DNA from: Octopus sinensis
Lineage: Eukaryota
Reading direction: 5' to 3'
Length of the DNA: 64,000 bases
Assembly: GCF_006345805.1 (NCBI RefSeq)
Contig: NC_042998.1
Coordinates: 24,924,001 to 24,988,000 of the forward strand
The translations under genes were made by a program, and so were the position numbers. Below, piece by piece: positions 38,280-48,873 of this stretch (position 1 is the first letter of the stretch; every line of letters starts with the position of its first letter). The notes beneath the pieces were generated by a model. The model searched no databases, had not been told where the DNA came from, and saw only the letters and a list, made by a program, of their open reading frames with translations.

Positions 38280-38700
38280 AGGAGTGGCTGTGTGGTAAGT
38301 AGCTTGTTTACCAACTACATGGTTCCAGGTTCAGTCCCACTGCACGGCACCTTGGGCAAGTGTCTTCTACTATAGCCTCGGGCCGACCAAAGCCTTGTGA
38401 GTGGATTTGGTAGACGGAAACTGAAAGAAGCCCGTCATATATATGTATATATATATATATATATATATACGCGTGTGTGTGTTTGTGTGTCTGTGTGTCT
38501 GTGTTTGTCCCACTAGCATTGCTTGACAACCGATGCTGGTGCGTTTATGTCCCCGTTACTTAGTGGTTCGGCAAAAGATACCTATAGAATAAGTACTGGG
38601 CTTACAAAAGAATAAGTCCCGGGTCGAGTTGCTCGATTAAAGGCGGTGCTCCAGCATGGCCGCAGTCAAATGACTGAAACATGTAAAAGAGTAAAAGAAT
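38280..38700 (+). mobile_element. SINE family B, full length
   Basis: Match to 13726-14133. Confidence 0.92.
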
Positions 38701-39107
38701 ATCCTCTATCTTCTCAACCTACATCTTACACCTATTTAGCATCATAGTTTGTATACATACATTGCACACATCAGCTCTTTGCTTGCAAAGTGAATTACCT
38801 TTATCATCAGAGATAACAGTTCCCTAAATCTGTTCTACCCTTTACATATTTTGGTTCCTTTCTTTTCAGAGCACCTTTCCATCACTGCTGATTAGTCTTC
38901 TAGGTAGCAGCAGCTATCCACTGCTTTCATAGAACCTTCTGAGCATTCCAAATCATTGCAGTGCATTTATTTTTCTAGCACTCTGAAAGCTAATTAATCC
39001 GGTGCACCTGCTAAAATTGAAGCCTTTATTCACTGTCAAGCAGCCTTTAATTCCACTGCACCACTTCTGCACCAGAATGTGTATTTGGTATGGAATTTCT
39101 ACTGATT

Positions 39108-39154
<47 letters not shown>

Positions 39155-39570
39155 ATATATATATATAATAAGCACAGTCATTTCCCTCGATGGCATCTGA
39201 ATCATGCCTCTTCCTCTCTACTTATGAAAGTTTTAGGCCTTTGCTAATTGAACATATAATATATATTGTATGATATGGATATAGATGTGTGTGTCTGTGT
39301 GTGTATGTGTGTGTGTGCGTGTGTGTGTATGTGTGTGTAGCCCAGGGGTAGTTCTTCTACCTGGCCAGCTCCTGTCAACTGTCATGTCCATGCATGCATG
39401 GAAAATGGACATTAAATAATGATGAGGCTATATGTGTGTGTGTGTGTATGTATATGTATGTAAATGTACATATATACATACATATATATATATATGTATA
39501 TATTCACCATGGTAGATCGCTAGCCACTAAACCTTTTTTCTATTTTCTTTTCCTGTTTATTTCTGTGTTC

Positions 39571-39606
39571 CTTTCTGTCGAAGAGCATAGGCTCGAAACG
39601 TAAAAG
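39571..39606 (+). ncRNA. Minimal hammerhead-like motif, U6-variant core
   Basis: cttt CUGUCGA a gagc atag gctc GAAAC GUA aaag; flanks homologous to the 25.5-25.7 kb copy. Confidence 0.55.
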
Positions 39607-39696
39607 ACTTTCTCGTTTCTCAAGCGTTAAACAAATACATCTGTTTGTTGCTTTTTGTTTCTTTGTTCCTTTTGTTTTTTGTAAATTCTCACTATG

Positions 39697-39737
<41 letters not shown>

Positions 39738-39740
<3 letters not shown>

Positions 39741-40013
39741 TCTGTTGTGTCTGGGGAGAGTAATTTTCTTTTAGTGCCTTATAATTTAACACACTCACCG
39801 GTAAAATTTCCACTCATTTACTTATTAATTTTTCTAGAATTTTTATTGCATATTGCAACCTTTTCAGTGGAGAGTCAAGATAATTGAAAAAGTTGCAAAA
39901 TGCAACAAAAATTTTAGAGAAAAAATTTAGTAAATGAATGAATATTTCACTGGTGAGTGTGTTAAATTATAAGGCACTAAAAGAGAACAACTCTCCCCAG
40001 ACACAAAAGAATA
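39738..40013. mobile_element. 276-bp foldback MITE (~130-bp arms, ~18-nt spacer)
   Basis: tgtgtctggggagagt...tagtgccttataatttaacacactcacc pairs with ggtgagtgtgttaaattataaggcacta...actctccccagacaca. Confidence 0.9.
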
Positions 40014-40467
40014 TGCTTCAACACATGAACTCATATAAAGAATCTTGCAAACCAAATCCAAAAACGAAATATATATATATATATAAAAATACTACAGGAC
40101 TCTTGAAAACTATCTACTCCAGGGCACTAAAGTACATCTTGTGCACCTGTGGATAACAATGAGCAAACTGTGTATTTATGTATACATCCACTCACCAGAG
40201 AGCTCCCAGATTTGAAGAGAGAATGGTAAGTGCAATGCACATATCTTTTGATTCTTAAGTTACCTTTGTAACTTTCTACCAATTAAAAATTATAAGCATA
40301 TATATGTACATATATATATATCTATAAATATATATATATATATATATATAGATATAGATATATATATATATACATATATACATACATGCATACATACATA
40401 CATATATATATATAAAATATATATAAATATGTATATGTATATATTAAATATATATATATGTATATAT

Positions 40468-42112
40468 AGTTCCGTGGTAGCTAAGGCAATTAGAAGCATG
40501 AAGACAGGGAAAGCCCCAGGCCCATCAGGAATTACTGCAGAGATGCTCAAAATATCTGGCAGTGTCGGCTATAACCTAGTCACCCATATAGTCAACCAGG
40601 TGATACACGAAGGAGTCATACCCAATGACTGGTGTAGCAGCGTACTAGTCAACTGCTACAAAGGTAAAGGTGATGCCCTAGATACAAATAATTACAGAGG
40701 TATCAAGCTGTTGGATCAGGTAATGAAGGTTACGGAGAGGGTCATAGCCCAACTAATTAGAGAGAGAGTTAGTTTAGATGAGATGCAGTTTGGGTTTGTG
40801 CCAGGGAAAAGCACCACTGATGCTATATTCCTGGTAAGGCAGCTGCAGGAGAAATACCTAGCCAAAGATAGGCCCCGGTACCTGGCTTTCGTTGACATGG
40901 AGAAAGCCTTTGATAGGGTCCCCCGATCCCTCATCTTGTGGTCAATGAGGAAACTAGGGATAGATGAATGGCTGGTGAGGGCTGTGCAAGCCATGTACAG
41001 AGATGCCGTAAGCAAGGTTAGGGTTGGCAACATGTACACAGAAGAATTCAAAGTAGAGGTTGGGGTCCACCAGGGTTCAGTACTCAGCCCCCTCCTATTT
41101 ATCATAGTCCTCCAGGCAATAACAGAGGAATTCAAGACAGGTTGCCCCTGGGAGCTCCTCTATGCTGATGACCTCGCTCTAATTGCTGCGTCACTATCAG
41201 AACTGGAGGAGAAGTTCCAGGTGTGGAAGGAGGGTTTAGAATCGAGGGGCCTTAGAGTCAACCTAGCTAAAACCAAAGTACTAATAAGTAGAAAGGTAGG
41301 CAATCCACAAATGTCCTCAGGAAGATGGCCCTGCTCGATCTGTAGAAAAGGTGTAGGTAGAAACTCTATAAGATGTACCCAGTGTAAGCTATGGACACAT
41401 AAGAGTGCAGCAATGTCAAAGGTAGGCTAACTGGGAAGACAGTCTTTATATGTGGCAGATGCTCGGGAGCATTGACCTCCGAAAATCTGCAGAAAACAAC
41501 TTCCGTCACTTTCCAGGGGGAAAAATTAGAAGTAGTTGATAGCTTCCGTTATCTAGGTGACCAAGTCAGTATTGGGGGTGGGTGCGCTGAGAGTGTAACT
41601 GCTAGAATAAGAATAGCCTGGGCAAAGTTTAGGGAGCTCTTACCTCTGCTGGTGACTAAAGGCCTCTCGCTCAGGGTAAAAGGCAGACTGTATGATGCAT
41701 GTGTTCGAACTGCCATGCTACATGGCAGTGAAACATGGGCCGTGACTGCTGAGGACATGCGTAAGCTCATGAGGAATGAAGCCAGTATGCTCCGATGGAT
41801 GTGTAATGTCAGTGTACTTACTCGACAGAGTGTTAGTTCCCTAAGAGAAATGTTGTACCTAAGAAGCATCAGTTGTTGCGTGCAAGAGAGACGATTGCGA
41901 TGGTATGGTCATGTGGCGAGAATGGATGAAGATAGGTGTGTGAGAAAGTGCCAATCCCTAGCAGTTGAGGGAACCCGTGGAAGAGGTAGACCCAGGAAAA
42001 CCTGGGACGAGGTGGTGAAGCACGACGTTCGAACATTAGGTCTCACCATGGAAATGACCAGAGACCGAGACCTATGGAAGTATGCTGTGCGGAGAAGACC
42101 CGGCAAGACTAG
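40468..42112 (+). pseudogene. RTE reverse transcriptase ORF remnant with two inferred -1 frameshifts
   Basis: Frame change at ~41404 (restoring one base gives HKRCSNVKG...ICGRC). A second deletion at ~42090 is inferred from the 25.4-kb copy, placing the real stop (TAG) at 42110-42112. Confidence 0.9.
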
Positions 42113-42375
42113 TGAAGCCATAACCCGTGGCCCCTACCTGGGACGTAGTCAGTCCGCCTGTGCATACCTTCCTGCTTGTGACACTTGTGAAGACCTGTTG
42201 AGGCAAATCAAATCAAAGTCAAATTGAATCAAGTCAAACCAAATCAAAATAGATGAACATCAATGGAATTTGTATCCTTGTGGTACCAGTGCCGGTGGCA
42301 CATAAGAAAACCATCTGAACGGGACCGTAGCCAGTACCGCATCGACTGGCCTCCGTGCTGTGGGCACGTAACAAA

Positions 42376-42622
42376 CACCGTCCGAGCGTGGCCGTCTGCC
42401 AGCCTCGTCTGACACCTGTGTCGGTGGCACATAAAAACACCATCCGAGCGTGGCCGTCTGCCAGCCTCGTCTGGCACCTGTGTCGGTGGCACATAAAAAC
42501 ACCATCCGAGCGTGGCCGTCTGCCAGCCTCGTCTGGCACCTGTGTCGGTGGCACATAAAAACACCATCCGAGCGTGGCCGTTCGCCTGCCTCGTCTGGCA
42601 CCTGTGTCGGTGGCACATAAAA
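42376..42622 (+). repeat. 62-bp tandem repeat x4 in the RTE 3' UTR
   Basis: ccgagcgtggccg at 42382, 42444, 42506 and 42568. Confidence 0.95.
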
Positions 42623-43426
42623 TCACCCACTACACTCTCGGAGTGGTTGGCGTTAGGAAGGGCATCCAGCTGTAGAAACACTGCCAGATCTGACTGGCCT
42701 GGTGCAGCCTTCGGGCTCCCCAGACCCCAGTTGAACCGTCCAACCCATGCTAGCATGGAAAGCGGACGTTAAACGATGATGATGATGATGATGATATATA
42801 TACATACATACATACACACACACACGCTTATAGACACACACACACTGATATATATACACATACACACACACAGAGTTGAGGCGATGGGTGAGAGAAATTA
42901 TGGGGAAAAAGAGCGTGAGAGAGAGAGAGAGAGAGAAGGTGATGGAAGTCTAGATGTAAAGCATTGATTGTCTATGTTGCTTAACGAAAGGTCTGAAACT
43001 ACGAAAGGGAAAAATAAATTTCAAACCAAACAAAATATATTTTTTCACATGTGGGAGAGAATCTCTATTACATGCATGTTATTATTATTAATATTTTTTT
43101 AACAAATAATTGTTGGAAATAATTGGTGAGTCAGCATTTTCAATTCCAGCTAGAATCATGCCAGATAATATTGCTTTATTTTCCTTAAATTGTTCTTTAA
43201 AATGCAATTTAATTCTATTTTTGTATGTTCAATATTAAAAAAAGAATACAAAATCAAACAAAAAACACGACAAATAGTGTTTTATATAATGTATGGTTTT
43301 CAATGCTAAAATTAGTATTGGATTTTGAATTGAAAATTTTTAATATTTATTATTTTACAATTTAAATTACCGCACTTTATGATCAAAAATGTAAGATAAT
43401 TTCACTCTACTTCCTCCATCCTACTG

Positions 43427-43474
<48 letters not shown>

Positions 43475-43491
43475 GTGTGTGTGTGTATATA

Positions 43492-43522
<31 letters not shown>

Positions 43523-43533
43523 GTATATCTATA

Positions 43534-43671
<138 letters not shown>

Positions 43672-44116
43672 GTGTATATATATATATGTATGTATATATA
43701 TATATATATATAAATTGAATTAGAAAATATTTTTTTAAAATCAAAATTTCTTTTTGAAATTATTTCTGTCTGGAAGATATGCAACAATAGTTTTATTTAA
43801 ATTTGAAAATTGTACGCGGCAGCTACTCCTGTATGTACTTGAGAGGTTTTGCACCCACACCCACACACACCTTCACGTACACACACACATTATCTACCAG
43901 TCTGTGTCTGTCTGTCTGTCTCTATGTATGTATATATGTGTGTGCACTTGTGTTCATGCACAATTGGGTTACACAGTTTCCAGCTACTAATTTTACTAAT
44001 CAGGAAATGGTCAGATTGACACTATAGTACAGGACAATAACCCTACCTACTAAGCTGTGGAGCAAACTTCTTATATCTATCTATCTATCTATATAAATAT
44101 ATATATATATATATAT

Positions 44117-44418
44117 GGCACCATCCGAACGTGGCCGATGCCAGTACCGCCTTGACTGCCTTCCGTGCTGGTGGCACGTTAAAAGCACCAACCCATCGGG
44201 GCCGCTGCCACACTCCCCTGGTACCTGTGCCGGTGGCACGTAAAAAGCACCCACTACACTTGCGGAGTGGTTGGCGTTAGGAAGGGCATCCAGCTGTAGA
44301 AACACTGCCAGATCAAACTGGAGCCTGGTGCAGCCTCCTGGCTTCCCAGACCCCGGTCGAACCGTCCAACCCGTGCTAGCACGGAAAACGGACGTTAAAC
44401 GATGATGATGATGATGAT
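44117..44418 (+). mobile_element. Family A copy
   Basis: Matches 42500-42796. Confidence 0.9.
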
Positions 44419-44467
44419 ATATAAATGTATATGTAGTCTGTTTATTTGATATATGTATTTATGTGTA

Positions 44468-45342
44468 CGCTGTCTGATCAATAAGAATCTAGACCATTAC
44501 CATAGTAATGACACTAAACCACATAGAGTAAGGCAGCGTGGCACAGATTAACCTTGAACTCTGTTGTGTATGTAAACTAAGTTTTAACATTCCAGCTCAC
44601 TTCTGCTGTTTTCAGCAGTACTTGGAAGGAAAATGTGTAGTATCTGATTGTCGCATTACCCATAACAGAGGAAGTTGAGCAGAGAATCTACATCAAACTC
44701 TGCCAGAAGCTTGGCAATACCTGCTCAGAGGCCTATGCAAAGTTTTCAAAATTTTTCATCATTCTTGACACAGTCAAGGAAATCTTGTGCAACTGAAACC
44801 CAAGTATCTTTTTTGGTCAGCTGAAAATGGTTTTGGCACAAACTTGGAAGACATGAAATCTCATACCCAAATCTTCAGTGATAATGGACTGAACTGAACC
44901 GTAACTAATCTGCACATCCTCTGATAACTCATGGATGGTGATTTGATGATTTCTCCTCACAGCTGCATGCACATCTGTGATGTTTTTCTCAATTTTCTGG
45001 TTGCGAGTCTCCCAGAACCTTAGTCAATATTGACATTTTTTAACCATCTTGAAAACACCTGATCTGCTTGTACACTTGCGTGCAGCTCATATACTCTTTT
45101 CCATATGCTTATCGTAACTTTGCATGGGCCTCTGAGCTGGTATCACCATGACTTTCTCTGGTATGGTCAATGTGATGACACACGCTACACGCCTTCCTTC
45201 CAAGCACTGCTGCAAACAGTGGAAATGAGCTAGTTCACATACTCAGGAGAATTTAAGGTCAATCATTGCCAAGCAGCTTTACTCTGCATGTTTTAGCTTT
45301 GTTACTATGACAACAGTCCGAATATTTATTGATCAGACCTTG
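44468..45342. mobile_element. Mariner derivative built from two inverted 5' halves
   Basis: TA-flanked TIRs gtctgatcaataa/ttattgatcagac; plus strand gives EQRIYIKLCQKLGNT; minus strand repeats the 5' region and runs to SKFVPK. Confidence 0.85.
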
Positions 45343-45361
45343 TATATGTGTGTGTGTATAT

Positions 45362-46138
45362 ATTCTTTTATTCTTTTACTTGTTTCAGTCATTTGCCTGT
45401 GGCCATGCTGGAGCATCACCTTTAGTTGAAGAAATCAACCCCAGTACTTACTCTTTGTAAGCCTAGTACTTATTCTATTGGTTTCTCTTTGCCTAAGTGA
45501 CGGGGACATAAACACACCATCATCGGCTGTGAACACATATATGTATCTAATGAGCTTTCAGTTTCCATCTACCAAATCCACTTACCAGGCTCTGGTTGGT
45601 CCAAGGCTCTAGTAGGAGATACTTGCCCAAGGTGCCACTCAGTGGGACTGAAGGCAGAATTAAGTGGTTGGGAAGCAAGCTTCATGCCACACAGCCACTC
45701 TTATATATATAAAAGTATTGAAATATATATATATATATACTCTTTACTCTTTTACTTGTTTCAGTCATTTGACTGCGGCCATGCTGGAGCACCACCTATT
45801 AATCGAGCAACTCAACCCCGGGACTTATTTTTTCGTAAGCCCAGTACTTATTCTATCAGTCTCTTTTGCCGAACCGCTAAGTAACGGGGACATGAACACA
45901 CCAGCATTGGTTGTCAAGCAATGCTAGGGGGACAAACACAGACACACACAAACACACACACACATAAATATATACATATATATGACAGGCTTCTTTGCAG
46001 TTTCCATCTACCAAATCCACTCACAAGGCTTTAATCAGCCCGAGGCTATAGTAGAAGACACTTGCCCAAGGTACCATGCAGTGGGACTGAACCCAGAACC
46101 ATGTGGTTGGTAAACAAGCTACTTACCACACAGCCACC
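45362..46138 (-). mobile_element. Two tandem family B SINEs (45362-45700, 45738-46138)
   Basis: Antisense matches to family B. Confidence 0.88.
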
Positions 46139-46440
46139 CGATATTTATTCATTCAATGCAAAGATAATCCTATTTCTCATATGTAAATTGCATTGCTTGT
46201 GTGTATCTCTATTGTGAGTTTTATGGTTGTTTTTGGAGCATTGGCTCTGATTTTAGTAAGTGGTATTAGATACCCTATTGAATTTTAACTTACCTTATAT
46301 GTATATATATATATATAAAGAGTAAACAAGAGAGACAGAGAAAGGCAGAAACAAGGAAAATGCCACTTATATTTGAACACTATACAAATATTCTTTTAAA
46401 AAAACTTTTCTTTTAATTTTTCTAAATTTAATTTTTTAAT

Positions 46441-46487
46441 CATTACAGTTGAAAAGGTCTCAAATGACCGAAACCGGTACTGAAATG
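46441..46487 (+). ncRNA. Type I hammerhead ribozyme motif with U3-A8 compensatory core
   Basis: cattacag UUGAAAA ggtc tcaaat gacc GAA ACCGGU A ctgaaatg: stem I 7/8 bp, stem II 4 bp (G10.1-C11.1), palindromic stem III, GUA site at A46479. Confidence 0.72.
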
Positions 46488-46530
46488 TTCTTTATAAAAT
46501 TATTTTAGCATTTTCTATCTTGACTTGTTT

Positions 46531-46579
<49 letters not shown>

Positions 46580-46670
46580 TAATCCAAACGGGAAAACAGA
46601 AAAAACAACAACACGTGGAACAATTACAGTATTATTATTATTAGGCGCTCAGGAAAATGGATGAAGGAGG

Positions 46671-46705
46671 GTATGACGTTTCGAGCGGAGCTCTTCGTCG
46701 GAAAC
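46671..46705 (-). ncRNA. Minimal hammerhead-like motif, C4-variant core
   Basis: Minus strand gttt CCGACGA a gagc tcc gctc GAAAC GUC atac; stem I 3/4 paired. Confidence 0.5.
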
Positions 46706-46831
46706 ATAAGAGAAGGAAGAAAGAAGAAAGAAGATCCCGATGTGGGCGAAAGAGGGAAAAAAAACGCAACTGGTGTTTACGAAGTACACATATATATATA
46801 TATACACACACATATATATATATATACACAC

Positions 46832-46863
<32 letters not shown>

Positions 46864-47029
46864 ATATATATATTTATAAAAAAGAAGTTTGAAAATGCCA
46901 CTATACAAGATAGATTTTAACTTTCTGAGAGATTTTACATCTTTCGTTTCTTCTTGAAAAAACGAACCTTATCAAAAATATATATTTTTAAAAGTTAAGT
47001 GTAATAAAAGAAAAAGTTCATAATTATTG

Positions 47030-47255
47030 TTGGGGGTGGACAAACACAGACAAACACACACACACATATATATGTACATATATATGACAGCTTCTTTTAT
47101 GCATCCCCGTAACTTAGTGGTTTGGCAAAAGAGACTGATAGAATAAGTACTAGGCTTACAAAGAATAAGTCCTGGGGTCAATTTGCTCGACTAAAAGGCG
47201 GTGCTCCAGCATGGCCGCAGTCAAATGACTGAAACAAATAAAGAGTAAAAGAGAG
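47030..47255 (+). mobile_element. Rearranged family B 3' half
   Basis: ccccgtaacttagtgg...ggcggtgctccagcatggccgcagtcaaatgactgaaac. Confidence 0.8.
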
Positions 47256-48048
47256 TATATGGTTGTGTGTGAGTATGTTTATGTGTCTGTGTGTCTGTGT
47301 TGTGTATGTGTGTGCATTTATTTATACTCGTTAGTAGACGTCTTTCGCAAGCATATATCAGTGAAAGATGCAAACAGTCCCATGAGATATCAGTTCTGCA
47401 CTGTGTAAACAGATACTCCCTTGACACCCTTGATATCAGAGAAGCAATGAACCAACAATCAAACTGTCGGAAACCTATCCGATGACATTATTGCTCACCA
47501 AGACACATAATAAAATGAACAAGCATCGACATATGTCCAAAATGTCTTAGATTAGGAAAGCATACGGAATCAAAGCGAAAAATCTTCCAATAAAATCAAT
47601 AAACCAAAATAGAAGAATATGCCAACTTGAATGGGGCGGGGAATGGGGAATGAATTCTGTGGTTAACAGAGAAGTATCAAGCAAAACTCAAGAACTGATG
47701 TTCTCCAAAATCATGGCCCGTGACATTTATTGGTCAGCTGGAAAATGATTTCACTTATGAAGGACCAACTATTTGTAAGACGTTGAAATAAATAATATCA
47801 TGTAAGATATAAAAGAATTTTAACAACAAGTCTTCAAAATGAATGAAGAATGCATACTTGATACGAAGATATGGCATTGGAGAGGTTTTTGCTTTTTTTT
47901 TCCCTTTTTACTGTGGAAAATAAAAAGCTATGAGTTAGAAAACCTTGCTGGACAATTATTAACACAGTTACAAAATATTCTAGATATTAAGTGTATGTGT
48001 GTGTGTGTATATATATATGTATATGTATATATACATATATATATATAC

Positions 48049-48106
<58 letters not shown>

Positions 48107-48819
48107 CTGTCTTGTGTGTAGCTAAGCTAAGAATTTCTTTTATTTTTAATTGCCTCATTCATTCAAACTATCTAACTAGCAACATATAAAGTATATTAAA
48201 TACATAAAATACAAAATATGTATATATATATATATATATAGATATGTAAACATATAAAAAGGTTCAAGTTACACAGAACACAAATGATATAGAAAATTAA
48301 AGGGTGGAAGAACGGTGTTACAAATTCAACAGTTGTTTCTGGGGGGTTGATGGTCCATAATGTTTGTAAATTAATTCCATCAGAGAATGCAGAAGTATAA
48401 TATATATATGTGTGTACATGTGTGTGCGTGTGTGTGTGTGTGTATTATCGACCACACATACACAACCCATGTGCTTTGTTTGTTCGCTGTATCATTACAA
48501 TATAGCAATTGGAGGGTTACTCCCTCATAATGGTGGGTGTTAAAACACCTGAAAGTCATGGACAGGAGTCACAAATGATAATGTGCTGTATTTAATTCAT
48601 TATTGAATATATGTTTATATACATATATATACATATACATACATGTGTGCATTTGAAACAAAATTATAATTATGAAAAATCTAAAACATTTACATTTTTT
48701 TTAAACACAGAGTAACAGAGGCTTGAAGGAAGATATTAAGAGGGCTTTTGTGTGTAAACCCTTTTAACTGTCTTCTGCTTTTCGACCCTTTTGAAACACG
48801 CAATATATATATATATAAC

Positions 48820-48873
<54 letters not shown>

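Larger units (their letters stand above)
40468..42796 (+). mobile_element. 5'-truncated RTE-clade LINE with long 3' UTR and (GAT)n tail
   Basis: RT motifs [64 protein letters not shown] and RLRWYGHV; begins abruptly at a (TA)n run. Confidence 0.97.

Noticed and set aside
40199-40225. 27-nt micro-exon (cag|...atg|gtaagt)
   Set aside because: Weak polypyrimidine tract; such signals are expected by chance, and there is no other support.
42113-42227. C-terminal extension of the 251-aa RTE ORF
   Set aside because: It results from a 1-nt deletion at ~42090; the 25.4-kb copy supports the other frame, which stops at 42110-42112.
42234-42871. Overlapping GC-rich ORFs such as MLAWVGRF... and MILCATDTG...
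   Set aside because: They are antisense reads of the family A UTR and its 62-bp repeat and recur at every family A copy.
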